Origin: a virus
Direction: 5' to 3' (one strand)
Virus record (IMG/VR): IMGVR_UViG_3300036846_000738
Span: 1-64,000 of that record
DNA length: 64,000 bases
The stretch's first letter is position 1; every line of letters begins with the position of its first letter. A program made the translations under genes and the position numbers. Of the stretch, positions 18,411 through 28,851 are shown piece after piece. The notes under the pieces were generated by a model. The model did no database searches. It saw nothing but the letters and a program-made list of their open reading frames with translations, and had not been told where the DNA came from.

Positions 18411-19289
18411 TTAAGGTGTGCCAGCAAACTCGCCGCCGGTTTGCAGCCCGCTATAATCGAAGATGATTTTGGTATGGGCTGGTTTCCAACGATTCAGCAG
18501 GCATTCGAGATCGTCAGCGACACCGATGCGTAAATGCGGATCGACACCGCATTGACCTGACGTGCAGCGAAACCAGACCAGCTTCGCCAGCGCGACATAC
18601 ACAGTCCAGTAACAGCGGTTCTCGGGTGGCCCCAAGCCGTAGGACGCCCATTCCGACTCCGTGCCATCGGTCGGCACATAAGCGTCGCCCTTGACGTCCA
18701 TGACGTACTGACCCCAGACAGTACGCATCGGCGCTGGCGGAGCGCCATAAACGCGACTGTCGCCGCAACAATCGATGCCAACCACCCAGACCCGATATTC
18801 CTTGATGGTGATGGTGTAGCCAATCGAAGCCGCGACCCCGATGAAGAACTCGCGCGAGGCGCCGCCAATCATCGTCATCCGCTGCAGCAGCGCTTGCTGA
18901 CGCTCGCCAATGGTCAACGGCGCGGTATAGCAGGGATCAGGCAGGCCCCAGTTGCGTTCCCAGTCGGGCAGCAGGCCGTAAAGCTGGGTTGGCGGTTGTG
19001 GCGGCAACGTCAGGCGCGGATCGCTCTCGCGCTCCAGCAGATCGGCGGCGACACCATCGACGTCGCCCCAGTAGTCGGAAAGGCCGCGGCAGGTGAGATC
19101 GAGCGTGGTGCCGGGGTCTTTTGGCCATGCCTGCCCCTGCGGCAGCAAAGTCAGGAAGACGGTGCCGTAGTCGTCGCCATCGCGGCGAATGTGGCGATCG
19201 CCCTGTTTAATGGTGGGCGGCGCAGGCGGAAGAGGGTCTAGCTGAAAGACATTGAACTGAAAGACAGTTGGTTGAAAAATACCGGCCAT
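18411..19289 (-). CDS. Mu gp48-like baseplate wedge protein (YmfQ/DUF2313-like)
   Basis: LLPQGQAW, LLPDWERNWGLPD, LECLLNRWKPAHT. Confidence 0.85.
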   Translation of the reverse strand: MAGIFQPTVFQFNVFQLDPLPPAPPTIKQGDRHIRRDGDDYGTVFLTLLPQGQAWPKDPGTTLDLTCRGLSDYWGDVDGVAADLLERESDPRLTLPPQPPTQLYGLLPDWERNWGLPDPCYTAPLTIGERQQALLQRMTMIGGASREFFIGVAASIGYTITIKEYRVWVVGIDCCGDSRVYGAPPAPMRTVWGQYVMDVKGDAYVPTDGTESEWASYGLGPPENRCYWTVYVALAKLVWFRCTSGQCGVDPHLRIGVADDLECLLNRWKPAHTKIIFDYSGLQTGGEFAGTP

Positions 19290-19295
19290 CTGAGC

Positions 19296-20105
19296 TTATG
19301 GGATGTCGTCGGCGATCAGGTAGCTGCCACGCTTGGCAGTCGTTGCTGTACCGTTGCTGGTATTTTGCGCCATCCGAACGGTGAGAGTTCCTGCCAAGTT
19401 GACCGTGATGGTGCCGGAAATGCGGACGACAATGCCTGCCGTTTCCGTGGTGAGCGTCGAGCCGACTGCAGTCCCCAGCGCCGTGGCATTGCCCTTACCC
19501 TTGATTGCGTTGTCGGCAATCGTGTAGCCGGTGTACTGGATCGCCGTGGCGGTGCATGTGCCGCCGATAGCGGCTTGCACGCCGCCCGCCGCCGCATCGG
19601 TGACGAACAGCTCCGCCACGAATGTGTAGGTTCTGCCTGCTGCGACGTTGATGCTCAGACCTGTGACGTCGACGAGGGCGGTTGAAGACGTAACGGGGAA
19701 ATCGCTCGCGACGCGGGCTTGGGTCGCATCGCCGGGCGCTGCCCATGTGCCGTCACCTCGCCAGTAGGTCAGCGAGGATGCGCCTGCCCCACCGTTGAGA
19801 TTGCCAACGGGCAGATTGCCGCTGACGTGAGTCGCAAGACCGATCTTGCCCCATGACGGCGGCACACCGACACCGCCGGAAATCAGCGCGTTTCCGGCGA
19901 CGACATCCGGCAGAGAAGTCAATGCAGCAGCCCCGCTGGCAACAAGGAGATCGCCAATGGTGTAGGACACCAGTCCCGTACCGCCTTGCGCTACTGATAG
20001 CGCGCCGCTCAAAGTATGCTGGGCGTTCCATTCATCCGAGCCGATCGGATATGTTGGGTCATCGGGGACAGCGACAACAGTCGCATGTGTAATTGAAAGC
20101 GGCAT
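19296..20105 (-). CDS. Fibre-like virion protein
   Basis: LSVAQGGTG and [11 protein letters not shown] fibre motifs. Confidence 0.65.
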   Translation of the reverse strand: MPLSITHATVVAVPDDPTYPIGSDEWNAQHTLSGALSVAQGGTGLVSYTIGDLLVASGAAALTSLPDVVAGNALISGGVGVPPSWGKIGLATHVSGNLPVGNLNGGAGASSLTYWRGDGTWAAPGDATQARVASDFPVTSSTALVDVTGLSINVAAGRTYTFVAELFVTDAAAGGVQAAIGGTCTATAIQYTGYTIADNAIKGKGNATALGTAVGSTLTTETAGIVVRISGTITVNLAGTLTVRMAQNTSNGTATTAKRGSYLIADDIP

Positions 20106-20113
20106 CAGGTCAC

Positions 20114-21181
20114 CTATTCAAACAACAGCGTACCGAGCACAGCCATGGTCCCAAGATTGGGCATGACCGCGTCGTCGGTTGTCACCAGCGTGAAGGACTC
20201 GACGCCGGGCGTGTTCATGACCGCGTAGGAAATCCACGCCGCATAGATGGTCTGGCCGGGATGCGCCAGCTCGCGCAGCATGGTGCGAATACTGGCCTCG
20301 GCGGCAGCTTGGGCTTCGGCAGTGTCCGGCATCAGGTCTTGGATGGTGACGTCGACGAACTGCTTGATCGGCGCCAGCACATAGCAATCCTTGACCGTCA
20401 CCGGCCGCTTTTGGTCTATGTAGTCCTGCACCGCGTAGACGTCCGTCTGGATCGGCCAGCCGTCGTCACTGGCGCGCAGCTCGTCCATCAGGAACCGCAC
20501 GGTGATGGTGCCGAGACCCTGCTCCGGCGCCGCCCATGCCCGCGTCACACCGGGCACTGCCAGCGCCCAAGTGATGTAGTCGGCTTCCGAGCCACCCATC
20601 GCCGGATTGCGAATCCGGTGCAGGATGCGGGCGCGCAGATCGTCGTCGTTTTCGGTGTCGGTGCCGCCGATCATCTCCACAACTGTGACCGCGGCATCGG
20701 CGCCGGGGACATTCACGCCAAGTGTGTCGCCCAGTTGGAGATTGCCGAGGGCGCCGGGGTCAAGCGCGCGCGCGGAAGCGTTGGTCGGACCGCTGCCAAT
20801 CGTGATCGCGGCGGTGGTTTCGTAGCCGACCTGCTGCCCAGTGAGCTGCGTGAATATTGGAACGACGGTGCCGTTGATCCCGGTAAAGGTCACCATGCCT
20901 TGCGCAAAGGTGGCCTGCTTGCGGCCGAGAGAATTATCGGAATTGACCAGCCAGATTGCGCCGTGCCGGTCGAGCCATTCGGTCTCCGCCGTATCGGGCA
21001 GCAACTGCAACGCCAGCCAGTCGATATACTGCAGCGTGAGATGGCATAGTCCTCCCTGCGCGTCGGAAATTACGCGCAGCACCGAATTGGGCACACTGGC
21101 ATCGGCTCCGGGGAGCCTGCCGCGCACGTTGTCGCGGACAATGCCGCGAACATCTTTTAGAGTAGGAGTGGACCATGGCAT
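20114..21181 (-). CDS. Baseplate J-like protein (Mu gp47)
   Basis: [39 protein letters not shown]. Confidence 0.9.
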   Translation of the reverse strand: MPWSTPTLKDVRGIVRDNVRGRLPGADASVPNSVLRVISDAQGGLCHLTLQYIDWLALQLLPDTAETEWLDRHGAIWLVNSDNSLGRKQATFAQGMVTFTGINGTVVPIFTQLTGQQVGYETTAAITIGSGPTNASARALDPGALGNLQLGDTLGVNVPGADAAVTVVEMIGGTDTENDDDLRARILHRIRNPAMGGSEADYITWALAVPGVTRAWAAPEQGLGTITVRFLMDELRASDDGWPIQTDVYAVQDYIDQKRPVTVKDCYVLAPIKQFVDVTIQDLMPDTAEAQAAAEASIRTMLRELAHPGQTIYAAWISYAVMNTPGVESFTLVTTDDAVMPNLGTMAVLGTLLFE

Positions 21182-21208
21182 CGCTGTTCCGAAACCTTTC
21201 TATTTTTT

Positions 21209-21715
21209 CTAGGCCGCCGCCTCGATTTCGTCCCACAGCACCTGAAAGCGTAACTCGACGGGGTTTTTGGGGCCGCGATAAAGCACGACGTAAGCGTCGA
21301 TCCGTTCAATCCCGACGCGCGCCACCTGCACATCGAAACTGCTGGCGATTTTCATATCGATGAACGGCTGAATGGATTCCCGAATGTAGTGTTCGACACG
21401 AGCGACGGTCGCGCCTTCAACGTCTTCGGGTCCCACGATCTTGGTGCGTTTGAGCAGCCACAGCCGCGTCCCGATCGGCCAGCCGTCGAACAGCTCCTCG
21501 GCATCCAGATCACCCCACCAGCCCGCGCGGTCGGTCGAATCCGGGTCCGGCAGAATGTCGTCAGGCTGCGCCAGCCGATCAGTGCCGAGCGCCACGATCA
21601 CAGCGCTCGCCAGCGCCTGCGAATCGTCCAGCGTGCCGTCGTTTAACAGGGACCAGTCGACGCTGATCGAATAGCGCGGCCAGCGCGTGTCCTGTATGAG
21701 CCGGATGTCCGGCAT
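21209..21715 (-). CDS. Mu gp46-like baseplate protein
   Basis: ALGTDRLA, GWWGD, GTRLWLLKR. Confidence 0.88.
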   Translation of the reverse strand: MPDIRLIQDTRWPRYSISVDWSLLNDGTLDDSQALASAVIVALGTDRLAQPDDILPDPDSTDRAGWWGDLDAEELFDGWPIGTRLWLLKRTKIVGPEDVEGATVARVEHYIRESIQPFIDMKIASSFDVQVARVGIERIDAYVVLYRGPKNPVELRFQVLWDEIEAAA

Positions 21716-21716
21716 T

Positions 21717-22586
21717 TTAGGGTTCTTGATCCAGCGAGGTCGGCGGTCCCGGATTCGGCGCATTGACCAGCACCGCACCGTCGCCGGATGATTGCGTGGT
21801 CATGCCGACGCCGCCGTTGACACCGTAGACCGGGTGCGAGGCGTTCTCGCTGCCCACCCTGACCTCGCCGATGAAAACCCACCGCTTGGCCTGCTTGTCG
21901 TAGTAGCCGACCACGTCGTCGCCGGAGCGAAACTCGATCCGCTTCTTGCTGACGCGCACTTCGAGGTTGACGGTATCGCCCTCGTGCTTGAAGTCCTGCG
22001 CGCTCTGGCCGCCGCTTTGCTGCCCGGCCGCTCCGGACGAGCCACCTGCCTGCCCTCGCTTTTTGCGCTCCTGCTTTTTCTTCTCGACGTGTCGCAGCGA
22101 GACGAAGCGCTCGGTCTGCTGTTGACCACCGCTGCTATCGCGCGCGCTTGCACCACCGCCGCCGCTCTGGCTCTGTTGCTTGTCTTCCGGATTGTCGTTG
22201 GTCAAGACGTAGACGCCGGTGCGTCGCAGCAGCGTCATCTGGGCGAGATCGTCATACTGCGCATTCTCGCCGGGCTTCAACCCCATCGGCCGATAGCGCC
22301 GATCGTCCATCACCGCACAAAAGTTCGACGTGCGGTTGCCGCCGAAATACGACATGAAGCCTTCGGCGCAGTCCTCGATCTCGCCGTTCTGGCCCTTGGT
22401 CGCGGGTCGCACCACGCTTGAAAAGCCGTAGTTTTGTGGGCACTCGACGGCCTCCCGGCCTTCGCCCAGTTGAGAGCCCTTCATCTGCTGCATCATCTTG
22501 TCGTCGTCGATGGTGTCGATCAGCGAGCGCGCGCCGCCGCTGGTGTAGCCAACAAAACCTGCCGTCAACGGTGTCTGTCTGTACAT
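21717..22586 (-). CDS. Baseplate spike/assembly protein (Mu gp45-like)
   Basis: QNYGFSSV, DDRRYRPMGLKPGENAQYD. Confidence 0.85.
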   Translation of the reverse strand: MYRQTPLTAGFVGYTSGGARSLIDTIDDDKMMQQMKGSQLGEGREAVECPQNYGFSSVVRPATKGQNGEIEDCAEGFMSYFGGNRTSNFCAVMDDRRYRPMGLKPGENAQYDDLAQMTLLRRTGVYVLTNDNPEDKQQSQSGGGGASARDSSGGQQQTERFVSLRHVEKKKQERKKRGQAGGSSGAAGQQSGGQSAQDFKHEGDTVNLEVRVSKKRIEFRSGDDVVGYYDKQAKRWVFIGEVRVGSENASHPVYGVNGGVGMTTQSSGDGAVLVNAPNPGPPTSLDQEP

Positions 22587-22606
22587 GGCTCTCTCTTTTT
22601 AGGTTT

Positions 22607-23722
22607 TTACATCGGCTGAACTTGCGTGATGTCCGGCGCAACGGTCACGGGATCGGCGTCGGCCGGATTGCCTATTCCGGCAAATGGCTTGTCCGACAGC
22701 ATCCACGGCATCACCAGTTCAAGCACCGTCGTCGTGCCGCCCTGATTGTCCTGCTGGAATGTCGCGGTCTGGATTTTCATGACGAACTTGAGCATCGCCA
22801 TTGGCGCGTTGACATTGACGTCGTCTCCGGTGCGCCACAGATTGACGCCGTCGCGCAGCCAGCCCTGCACGGTGACGAAGGCGCGGACCAGCGTCCCGTC
22901 GCGGAATTTCAACTCGTGATAAACCCGCCGCTGCACTTCGGTGATATTCATCACCGGGTGCTCCAAAACCGTCTGAACGAATTTGTAATAGCCCTTGTAG
23001 TAACCGCTCTTAACCTCGGCTTCCATCTTGGCTGCTTGAGCCGGGCTGAGTTCTTCAGCGTTGGAGCCTTGACCGACGGCGTTGTAGATGGCCGCCATCA
23101 TCTCGTTCGAGATGATGCACTGCATCTTCTTGATGTTCTTGCCCTCGACCAAATCCTGATTCGGACTATAGGAATGGTCGCCGATCAGCAGCATATTGCC
23201 GAGTTCATCCGAGCCGAGTGTGGCGCCGCGCATTCGGCACAACTTGTCACAAAAGTCGAACACCGTTTCGCCCGGCTGCGCCTGACACTTCGGGAACGGC
23301 GTCGGATCAGCAGTGCCAACCGGCAGCACGGCCACGCCGTATTCTCCATAGGCCTTGCTACACGCCCCCTGCACCGTCATGCCGTCGAAATTCGCTTTCT
23401 TGACGGGAACGCTCGACGTGCCAGCCGCCCACGTTCTGCCAGCGCCAGACAGCTCAACCTGATGGTTGTTGGCGTCATAGGCGGTCTGTCGCGTGAGAAT
23501 GATTCCGGTGACCCCGAGCTGACCGCCGAGTTTGATCGTGCAAGAGTCTCCGGGCTTGAATTGCAGCGCCCCCCATTGCGCGGGAACGGGCGAGTATTCC
23601 GCGGCGGTAAAGCGAAACAGCGGCCAGCCATCGGACCAGCGAGTCTGGACCCAGACCGTTTCCCAGTCCTCGAATATACTGTCGTTGACTATGAGCTGCG
23701 CGACTTCCTGTGGATTCGGCAT
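22607..23722 (-). CDS. Baseplate hub (Mu gp44/gpP-like)
   Basis: QPGETVFDF, LVEGKNI, TVQGW...LW motifs. Confidence 0.85.
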   Translation of the reverse strand: MPNPQEVAQLIVNDSIFEDWETVWVQTRWSDGWPLFRFTAAEYSPVPAQWGALQFKPGDSCTIKLGGQLGVTGIILTRQTAYDANNHQVELSGAGRTWAAGTSSVPVKKANFDGMTVQGACSKAYGEYGVAVLPVGTADPTPFPKCQAQPGETVFDFCDKLCRMRGATLGSDELGNMLLIGDHSYSPNQDLVEGKNIKKMQCIISNEMMAAIYNAVGQGSNAEELSPAQAAKMEAEVKSGYYKGYYKFVQTVLEHPVMNITEVQRRVYHELKFRDGTLVRAFVTVQGWLRDGVNLWRTGDDVNVNAPMAMLKFVMKIQTATFQQDNQGGTTTVLELVMPWMLSDKPFAGIGNPADADPVTVAPDITQVQPM

Positions 23723-23725
23723 AAG

Positions 23726-24400
23726 CTAAAACGACAGGGCTCGCCCTTGACGAGGTGGAAATGCGGGATGCACGACCTTGTTTTCTGCGCGGAGCTGATC
23801 GGCGCGACTGGCGTCGGCATAGAGACGGTAAGACTGGACCAGCGTCGGACGGATTGCCGCGAACTTGAAATCGAGCATCTGCGGCAATGGTCGTGCGGTC
23901 TCGTACAGGAAAAACAGCACCGCGGCGTGCAACGCGATCAGCGTTCGATAAGCCAGCAGCGCCATCGCGTCCGCAGCCACCTCTTCGGCGGCGAGGAACG
24001 CATCGTTTAGCTGCAGCCGAACGCTATCGACATCCTCGCGGCTGGTGAATGTGGCGGCGATTACCGCCAAGCTCATTTGCTGCAGGCTGAACAAGATGCA
24101 GGACTGCGCCATCAACACGGCGATCAAGGACACCGGAGTTTCGGCGACAAGCGCCTCGTAGATTCTGTTGAACTCATCCAGCGTGGCCCCGGTGACTCTG
24201 GCCTGATCAAAGCAATAGGCGAGCTTGGGGGCAATGATGTTGGCGATGATGTAATTCTCGGCGTTGCTGACCATGTCGCCGCAGGCGCGCCGCAAATCGG
24301 AGCCGGAACGACCGACTTGTTCGTTTGATGTCGCGACCAGCATTTCAGTCGCGACGCGGACAATATCGGCGGCTTCGGTGACCTCATGAATTGGGATCAT
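23726..24400 (-). CDS. C-terminal half of a Mu gpN-like protein
   Basis: PTLVQSYRLYADASRADQL..EN.V.HPAF. Confidence 0.7.
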   Translation of the reverse strand: MIPIHEVTEAADIVRVATEMLVATSNEQVGRSGSDLRRACGDMVSNAENYIIANIIAPKLAYCFDQARVTGATLDEFNRIYEALVAETPVSLIAVLMAQSCILFSLQQMSLAVIAATFTSREDVDSVRLQLNDAFLAAEEVAADAMALLAYRTLIALHAAVLFFLYETARPLPQMLDFKFAAIRPTLVQSYRLYADASRADQLRAENKVVHPAFPPRQGRALSF

Positions 24401-25014
24401 ACCGACGTCCCCTCATTGATCGCCTTGGTCCCGTCGGTGATGCCCGCCTGTGTGGCGTTGCCAAGGCTCTGGGCGGCGTATTGCACGCCCGCTTTGCTGT
24501 CCCGAGTACCTGTCGCTGGCGCCTGACCGTATTCGACGAACGACATGTCAAACACACAGTAGCCGCCAAACCTGTCCTCTTCGGTAATTCGATAGCGCGT
24601 ACACATGACATTGAGAATGCCAAGCAGCGGCAGTTGCAGGTTGCCCGGACCCTCGGTCTCCAGTGCCACGATCAGGCTGTCACGCGCCGGAATGTAATTC
24701 TTTTTCTTGAGAGGATCGTTCGGAAACATCGTCTCATTGCCAAAAACGATGATGTAGCCCCGAACCGTGAACTCAACAGCGCGACGACCCATGTCCTCGG
24801 CGTAGGGCACGTCGCGTTTGGGAAATTCGTGCGTCACGACGCGGCGGGCCGATTCGCGAACGCCGGTGTCCACATAAAACGCGCCCGTGTTGCGGTCGCG
24901 AAAATAAGCGCGCTGGAGTTGGCCCCGCCACTCCTTGCCGAAACTGGTAATGGTCGTGGCTTTGCCGGGATCGAGGTTGACGGGAAACTGCTGCGGAATG
25001 AGCGACAGTGGCAT
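24397..25014 (-). CDS. DNA circularization protein N-terminal domain (Mu gpN-like)
   Basis: RRVVTHEFPKRDVPYAEDMGR, ALETEGPG. Confidence 0.85.
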   Translation of the reverse strand: MPLSLIPQQFPVNLDPGKATTITSFGKEWRGQLQRAYFRDRNTGAFYVDTGVRESARRVVTHEFPKRDVPYAEDMGRRAVEFTVRGYIIVFGNETMFPNDPLKKKNYIPARDSLIVALETEGPGNLQLPLLGILNVMCTRYRITEEDRFGGYCVFDMSFVEYGQAPATGTRDSKAGVQYAAQSLGNATQAGITDGTKAINEGTSV

Positions 25015-27737
25015 CAGTTGTCTCCTCCCCTCATATAGCTGCGCGCAGTATCGGCCGTGCTGGGACCGGTGTCGGTTGGCATCATCGTCGTCTGCCGCTG
25101 CATCGAAGTGGCCCGCAGCAGATTGTTGCCGTTGTAATCGACCTTGGTGCCCGGCGGCGCGCTGACATCGACGCTTAATTTGCCGGTCGAGTTGATGCTG
25201 GCGCCGTTCTGCCGATCGATGGCACTGCGGTCGATCGCCCCTCGATCAACACGCAGACGCGGCTCGCCGTAAGACCTCGGCGACAACAGGCTGTTGTCTT
25301 GCGGCAGTCCTCCCGAGAAGGCGCTGGAGTGCCCGGCCATCGACTCGGGGCTGAAATAATTTTCGCGGCGCCGCTGTATCCGCTCTCCAGCCTCTTTCAG
25401 CGACTCGGCGGTAAGACTCGGCCGCGTCGTTCCAACCTGACTTGGATCGAGGCTCGCAACTTGGGGCGGACCATCACGCGACTCGGTGCTCTTGGCGGCA
25501 GCCAGATCACGCTCGCGCTGCCGCGTAGCCCAACGGCGACCTTGCTCTCCATGGTATGAGAACCACGCACCTTGAACCTTGTGCATGTTGTAGTAGGCTC
25601 TGTTCCCCATGTACTTGGCGAAGTTAGGATCGCCCGCCATACCTTGATCGGTCGCGTAGTCGGTAATGTTTGATCCGGCTCCCACCTTTTCGAGCGCCGC
25701 TATCCCCCTGCTCCTCTGAGCTTCTGAAATCCTCCCGCTGACCATGTGGTGTTTGACGGGACCATATTGTCCAGAATGCAATGCCTGATTTATCGTCATG
25801 CCGTGCATGCTGGCGTAGTTAAACAGTTGCTCCAAATTGGATTGGACACCGCCTTCATGCTGCATGGCGTCGATTGCAAAGTCCCTTAGTTTAGGATTGT
25901 CTTGCAGCTCCTTGATGTGTTGCTGGCGTTGCGCAGCTAAACTCCCGCTGGCGTCACCGCCCTGCGCGCCAGTTATCGCCTCGCTGCTCGTCTCTGCCGG
26001 ACGACGACCGCCCGGCGCCGTTCCAGCCTTGCCACCAAGCCCGCCGCCGCCTTTCTTCGCCCAACCCGGCATGAATTGTTCAAGGTCTCCTTGCGCCGGG
26101 CTACCACCACCAGCACCCGCTGCAGCTCCGCCGCCGCCACCACCACCACCGCCGCCACCACCGCTCAGAGCGCCCCTCCATGCGTCCGGCGTGCCCGCTC
26201 CTGCCGCGGCTGCGCCTGCCGAGCCGCCAAACGAGGCCGCCTGAAAGCCACCTTTCCCCGCGCCGCCGGTTTGGAGAAAGCCGTAGAACTGAACCAGCGC
26301 ATCGTACACGCCGCCCTTGATGATCTCTTGTGCAGCACCACTGCCACTGCCGCCGCCGAACCCCTCGACATTGTCGTTGGCGCCGCCGAATGAGATCGGC
26401 CTATAGCCGCCCCTCAACTGCTCTGCGTGAGACCCAAGCAGTTTCTCACGCTGCGCTTCCTTCAATCGCTCTAATCGTTCTTCGCGCAGTTTGTCCGGTC
26501 TCTCCCCTTTGAGAAGAAGCCCCGATGCGCCAAGGTCGGTTGCCGCCGCGCCGATCGGGTCCTTGTGATAGCGCTCGGGGAGCATTTTTTCGAACTTGAT
26601 GATCGCATCGACCGCTTGCCCAATGCCTTCAAGACTTCCCTTGATGCTGTCCAAGATCGGTTGCATCTCGTGCAGCACGCTTTTTACTTTGTCGAAATTC
26701 GGACCCAGTTTGTCCAATGCCGCCGACACCTGCGGCAGGCCCCACGCCAGAATTTCATCCTTGATGTCGGAGGCCTTCTTGTAAATTTCCGCCCACTGGA
26801 GAGCGATGCTGCGGCTCAGCTTTTCGATTCTGTCGGCCTCCTCCAGCATTTCCTTGGTTGGTGGTTTCGCCGCCGGGAGGTCCATCAGATTTGTGGACTG
26901 GCCCAACTGCCCCATGAGCCGGTTGGCTATGCCGCGGGCGACCTCGGGCGCTTTGCCCTGCTTGAGCCAGTATTCGTTGAGGTCGATCTGCGCCTGTCGC
27001 GCCATGTTCTGTCGCTTGATCGCATCGGTTTCCAGCGTGTACCGATCAAGCCAGTTCGCCGGGAGTCCCTGCCCAAGCAAGGATTGCCGCAGCTTCGAAC
27101 CGTTCAGATTGAGATCGACCAATGCCTCCTGCATCCGGCCAAGCTGCGCAGCCGTGGTTTCGGCGGAGATGCCAAGCGCTTCATTCTGCGTGGTGATGTC
27201 CTTCAATTGACCATAGGTCATGCCCAGCGCTCTCGCGGTCTGACTGAGCTGGAACACCTCGCGTGAGAACTTGAATACCGAGATGCCATAGGCCGCGAAG
27301 GCGGCACCGACAGCCGCGACGCCAAGGGCAAGACTACCAAGGCCAACAACCGCCAATCGCGTTGCGGGCGCGAGCGCGGCCATGCCTTCATTGACGCCCT
27401 TCAAACCTTGGCTCGCCTCGCGGAAGCCAAGCGCAAGCTCCGGAAACGCCTCTAAGCCGCGCCGCGCCGCGAGGCCCATCTGCAGCATGCCGCGGGTCGT
27501 CTCCTCGGCCGAACGGCTCAAATCCTTGAGCGCCCTCTCCACGCTCGTGACTTGCGGCGCCGCCTGCGCCGTTGCCGTGCCAGCCCGCTGCACGCTTGTC
27601 GCCACATTGCCGAAGGCGGTCGTCACCTGACCTGCCGTCTGAGTCAGTTGCGTGAGCTGAGTGCGAATGTTGGCCAGCCCCGCCGACGCATTGTCGACGA
27701 GGTTGACGGATAATTTTAGTTCTTCAAAGTCAGGAAT
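25014..27737 (-). CDS. Tape measure protein, probable ATT start
   Basis: Position after tail chaperones; the frame is open from ATT 27737 (PDFEELKLSVNLVDNASAGL), with GGAG 8 nt upstream. Confidence 0.8.
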   Translation of the reverse strand: MPDFEELKLSVNLVDNASAGLANIRTQLTQLTQTAGQVTTAFGNVATSVQRAGTATAQAAPQVTSVERALKDLSRSAEETTRGMLQMGLAARRGLEAFPELALGFREASQGLKGVNEGMAALAPATRLAVVGLGSLALGVAAVGAAFAAYGISVFKFSREVFQLSQTARALGMTYGQLKDITTQNEALGISAETTAAQLGRMQEALVDLNLNGSKLRQSLLGQGLPANWLDRYTLETDAIKRQNMARQAQIDLNEYWLKQGKAPEVARGIANRLMGQLGQSTNLMDLPAAKPPTKEMLEEADRIEKLSRSIALQWAEIYKKASDIKDEILAWGLPQVSAALDKLGPNFDKVKSVLHEMQPILDSIKGSLEGIGQAVDAIIKFEKMLPERYHKDPIGAAATDLGASGLLLKGERPDKLREERLERLKEAQREKLLGSHAEQLRGGYRPISFGGANDNVEGFGGGSGSGAAQEIIKGGVYDALVQFYGFLQTGGAGKGGFQAASFGGSAGAAAAGAGTPDAWRGALSGGGGGGGGGGGGAAAGAGGGSPAQGDLEQFMPGWAKKGGGGLGGKAGTAPGGRRPAETSSEAITGAQGGDASGSLAAQRQQHIKELQDNPKLRDFAIDAMQHEGGVQSNLEQLFNYASMHGMTINQALHSGQYGPVKHHMVSGRISEAQRSRGIAALEKVGAGSNITDYATDQGMAGDPNFAKYMGNRAYYNMHKVQGAWFSYHGEQGRRWATRQRERDLAAAKSTESRDGPPQVASLDPSQVGTTRPSLTAESLKEAGERIQRRRENYFSPESMAGHSSAFSGGLPQDNSLLSPRSYGEPRLRVDRGAIDRSAIDRQNGASINSTGKLSVDVSAPPGTKVDYNGNNLLRATSMQRQTTMMPTDTGPSTADTARSYMRGGDN

Positions 27738-27772
27738 TTTTCATTCTCCGCAGATTAAAGCGGTGCATAATT

Positions 27773-27967
27773 TCAGCCATCGTCTGAAGCTGCTCGTTCC
27801 TGCTCCATTATGCGCGCAAGCTCACCGGTCCTCGCCATGTGGACGTCAACCTCGGTCAAGCCCATCTCAAGGAAGACTGTTGGCGAGACGTGAAAATACC
27901 GCGCCAGCCGGTAGCAATCGAGAACCAGATCGTTTCCTACCATGCCGCCGGATCGGGAAGAAAAAAA
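27773..27967 (-). CDS. Tail assembly chaperone extension (-1 frameshift product)
   Basis: The -1 frame is open after the T7 run: SSRSGGMVGNDLVLDCYRLARYFHVSP. Confidence 0.65.
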   Translation of the reverse strand, partial: FFSSRSGGMVGNDLVLDCYRLARYFHVSPTVFLEMGLTEVDVHMARTGELARIMEQERAASDDG

Positions 27968-28344
27968 CCGCGCAACCGATAAGCGCACGAATTCCAGTCT
28001 CGCGGGTCCATCATCTCAATGAACGGCTGTAAGACGCCCGAGAGCACGGCAATCATCGTCGTCATCTTGCGATCGATGATAATCACGTCGCCATTCTGAT
28101 CGATGTGACACGGATTGCCGTAGCGGTTGATGTCGCCGCCGGTCGGCTCACGAAACGACAGCTCCTTCACCATGTCGCCCTTGGGACCGCGCACCGGCTT
28201 GTGCAACAGCCGCACCTTGATCGGCCACGTCTCCGCGACCGGCTCGCTCGGAGCGGACTCGTGGTCGATCACCGGGCCAGTTGGCTTCTCGTCATCGACT
28301 GGCTCGGTGGCGACGAAACCTTCTCTCTTGTCTGGTTTGTTCAT
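27937..28344 (-). CDS. Tail assembly chaperone
   Basis: LSFREPTGGDI...MDPRDW; ends GFFLPD over a T7 slippery run. Confidence 0.85.
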   Translation of the reverse strand: MNKPDKREGFVATEPVDDEKPTGPVIDHESAPSEPVAETWPIKVRLLHKPVRGPKGDMVKELSFREPTGGDINRYGNPCHIDQNGDVIIIDRKMTTMIAVLSGVLQPFIEMMDPRDWNSCAYRLRGFFLPDPAAW

Positions 28345-28376
28345 GTTCTCTCCACGCTATCAAAAGGCAACGCTGA

Positions 28377-28799
28377 TCAGAAGGCGACGCCAGCCGTTTG
28401 GATGTTGGTTTGCTCGGTGAGCGTTGGCGGCGAGCTGCCGAGGATTTCCTCGCACCAGATTCCCTCCCAGCGGACTCGCACCTGACCGTCACGGGTGTTG
28501 GCCTCCAGCGCGGCTTTGCATGCCGCACCGACCAGCGAATAGGTGTGGCCGTTGGCGAGCTGGGCGACCACGGTCACGTCGGTCATGCCATCCAGATTTT
28601 CGAGCTGCATATCCGGCGTGGTCGAAATATCGCCCTCGATGTAGGGCACGCGCGGCAGCTCCTGAAACCCGTGAACGCCATCCTGTCCGGCGATCATGGT
28701 CCGCTCGATCGGCGACGAGCTGACGGTGAAGTTGCCGCGCAACCGCAGTTGGTTTCCAGCGACCTGCAGGAAGGCAATTCCGGCAAATTTTTGTGCCAT
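28377..28799 (-). CDS. Tail tube protein (Mu-like)
   Basis: AGQDGVHGFQE.P..PYIEG, LANG..Y. Confidence 0.85.
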   Translation of the reverse strand: MAQKFAGIAFLQVAGNQLRLRGNFTVSSSPIERTMIAGQDGVHGFQELPRVPYIEGDISTTPDMQLENLDGMTDVTVVAQLANGHTYSLVGAACKAALEANTRDGQVRVRWEGIWCEEILGSSPPTLTEQTNIQTAGVAF

Positions 28800-28851
28800 C
28801 TTGATTTACTCCTGTGTGTTTTGAAGTTGGGGAAAGAGCGACGTGGGGCTA

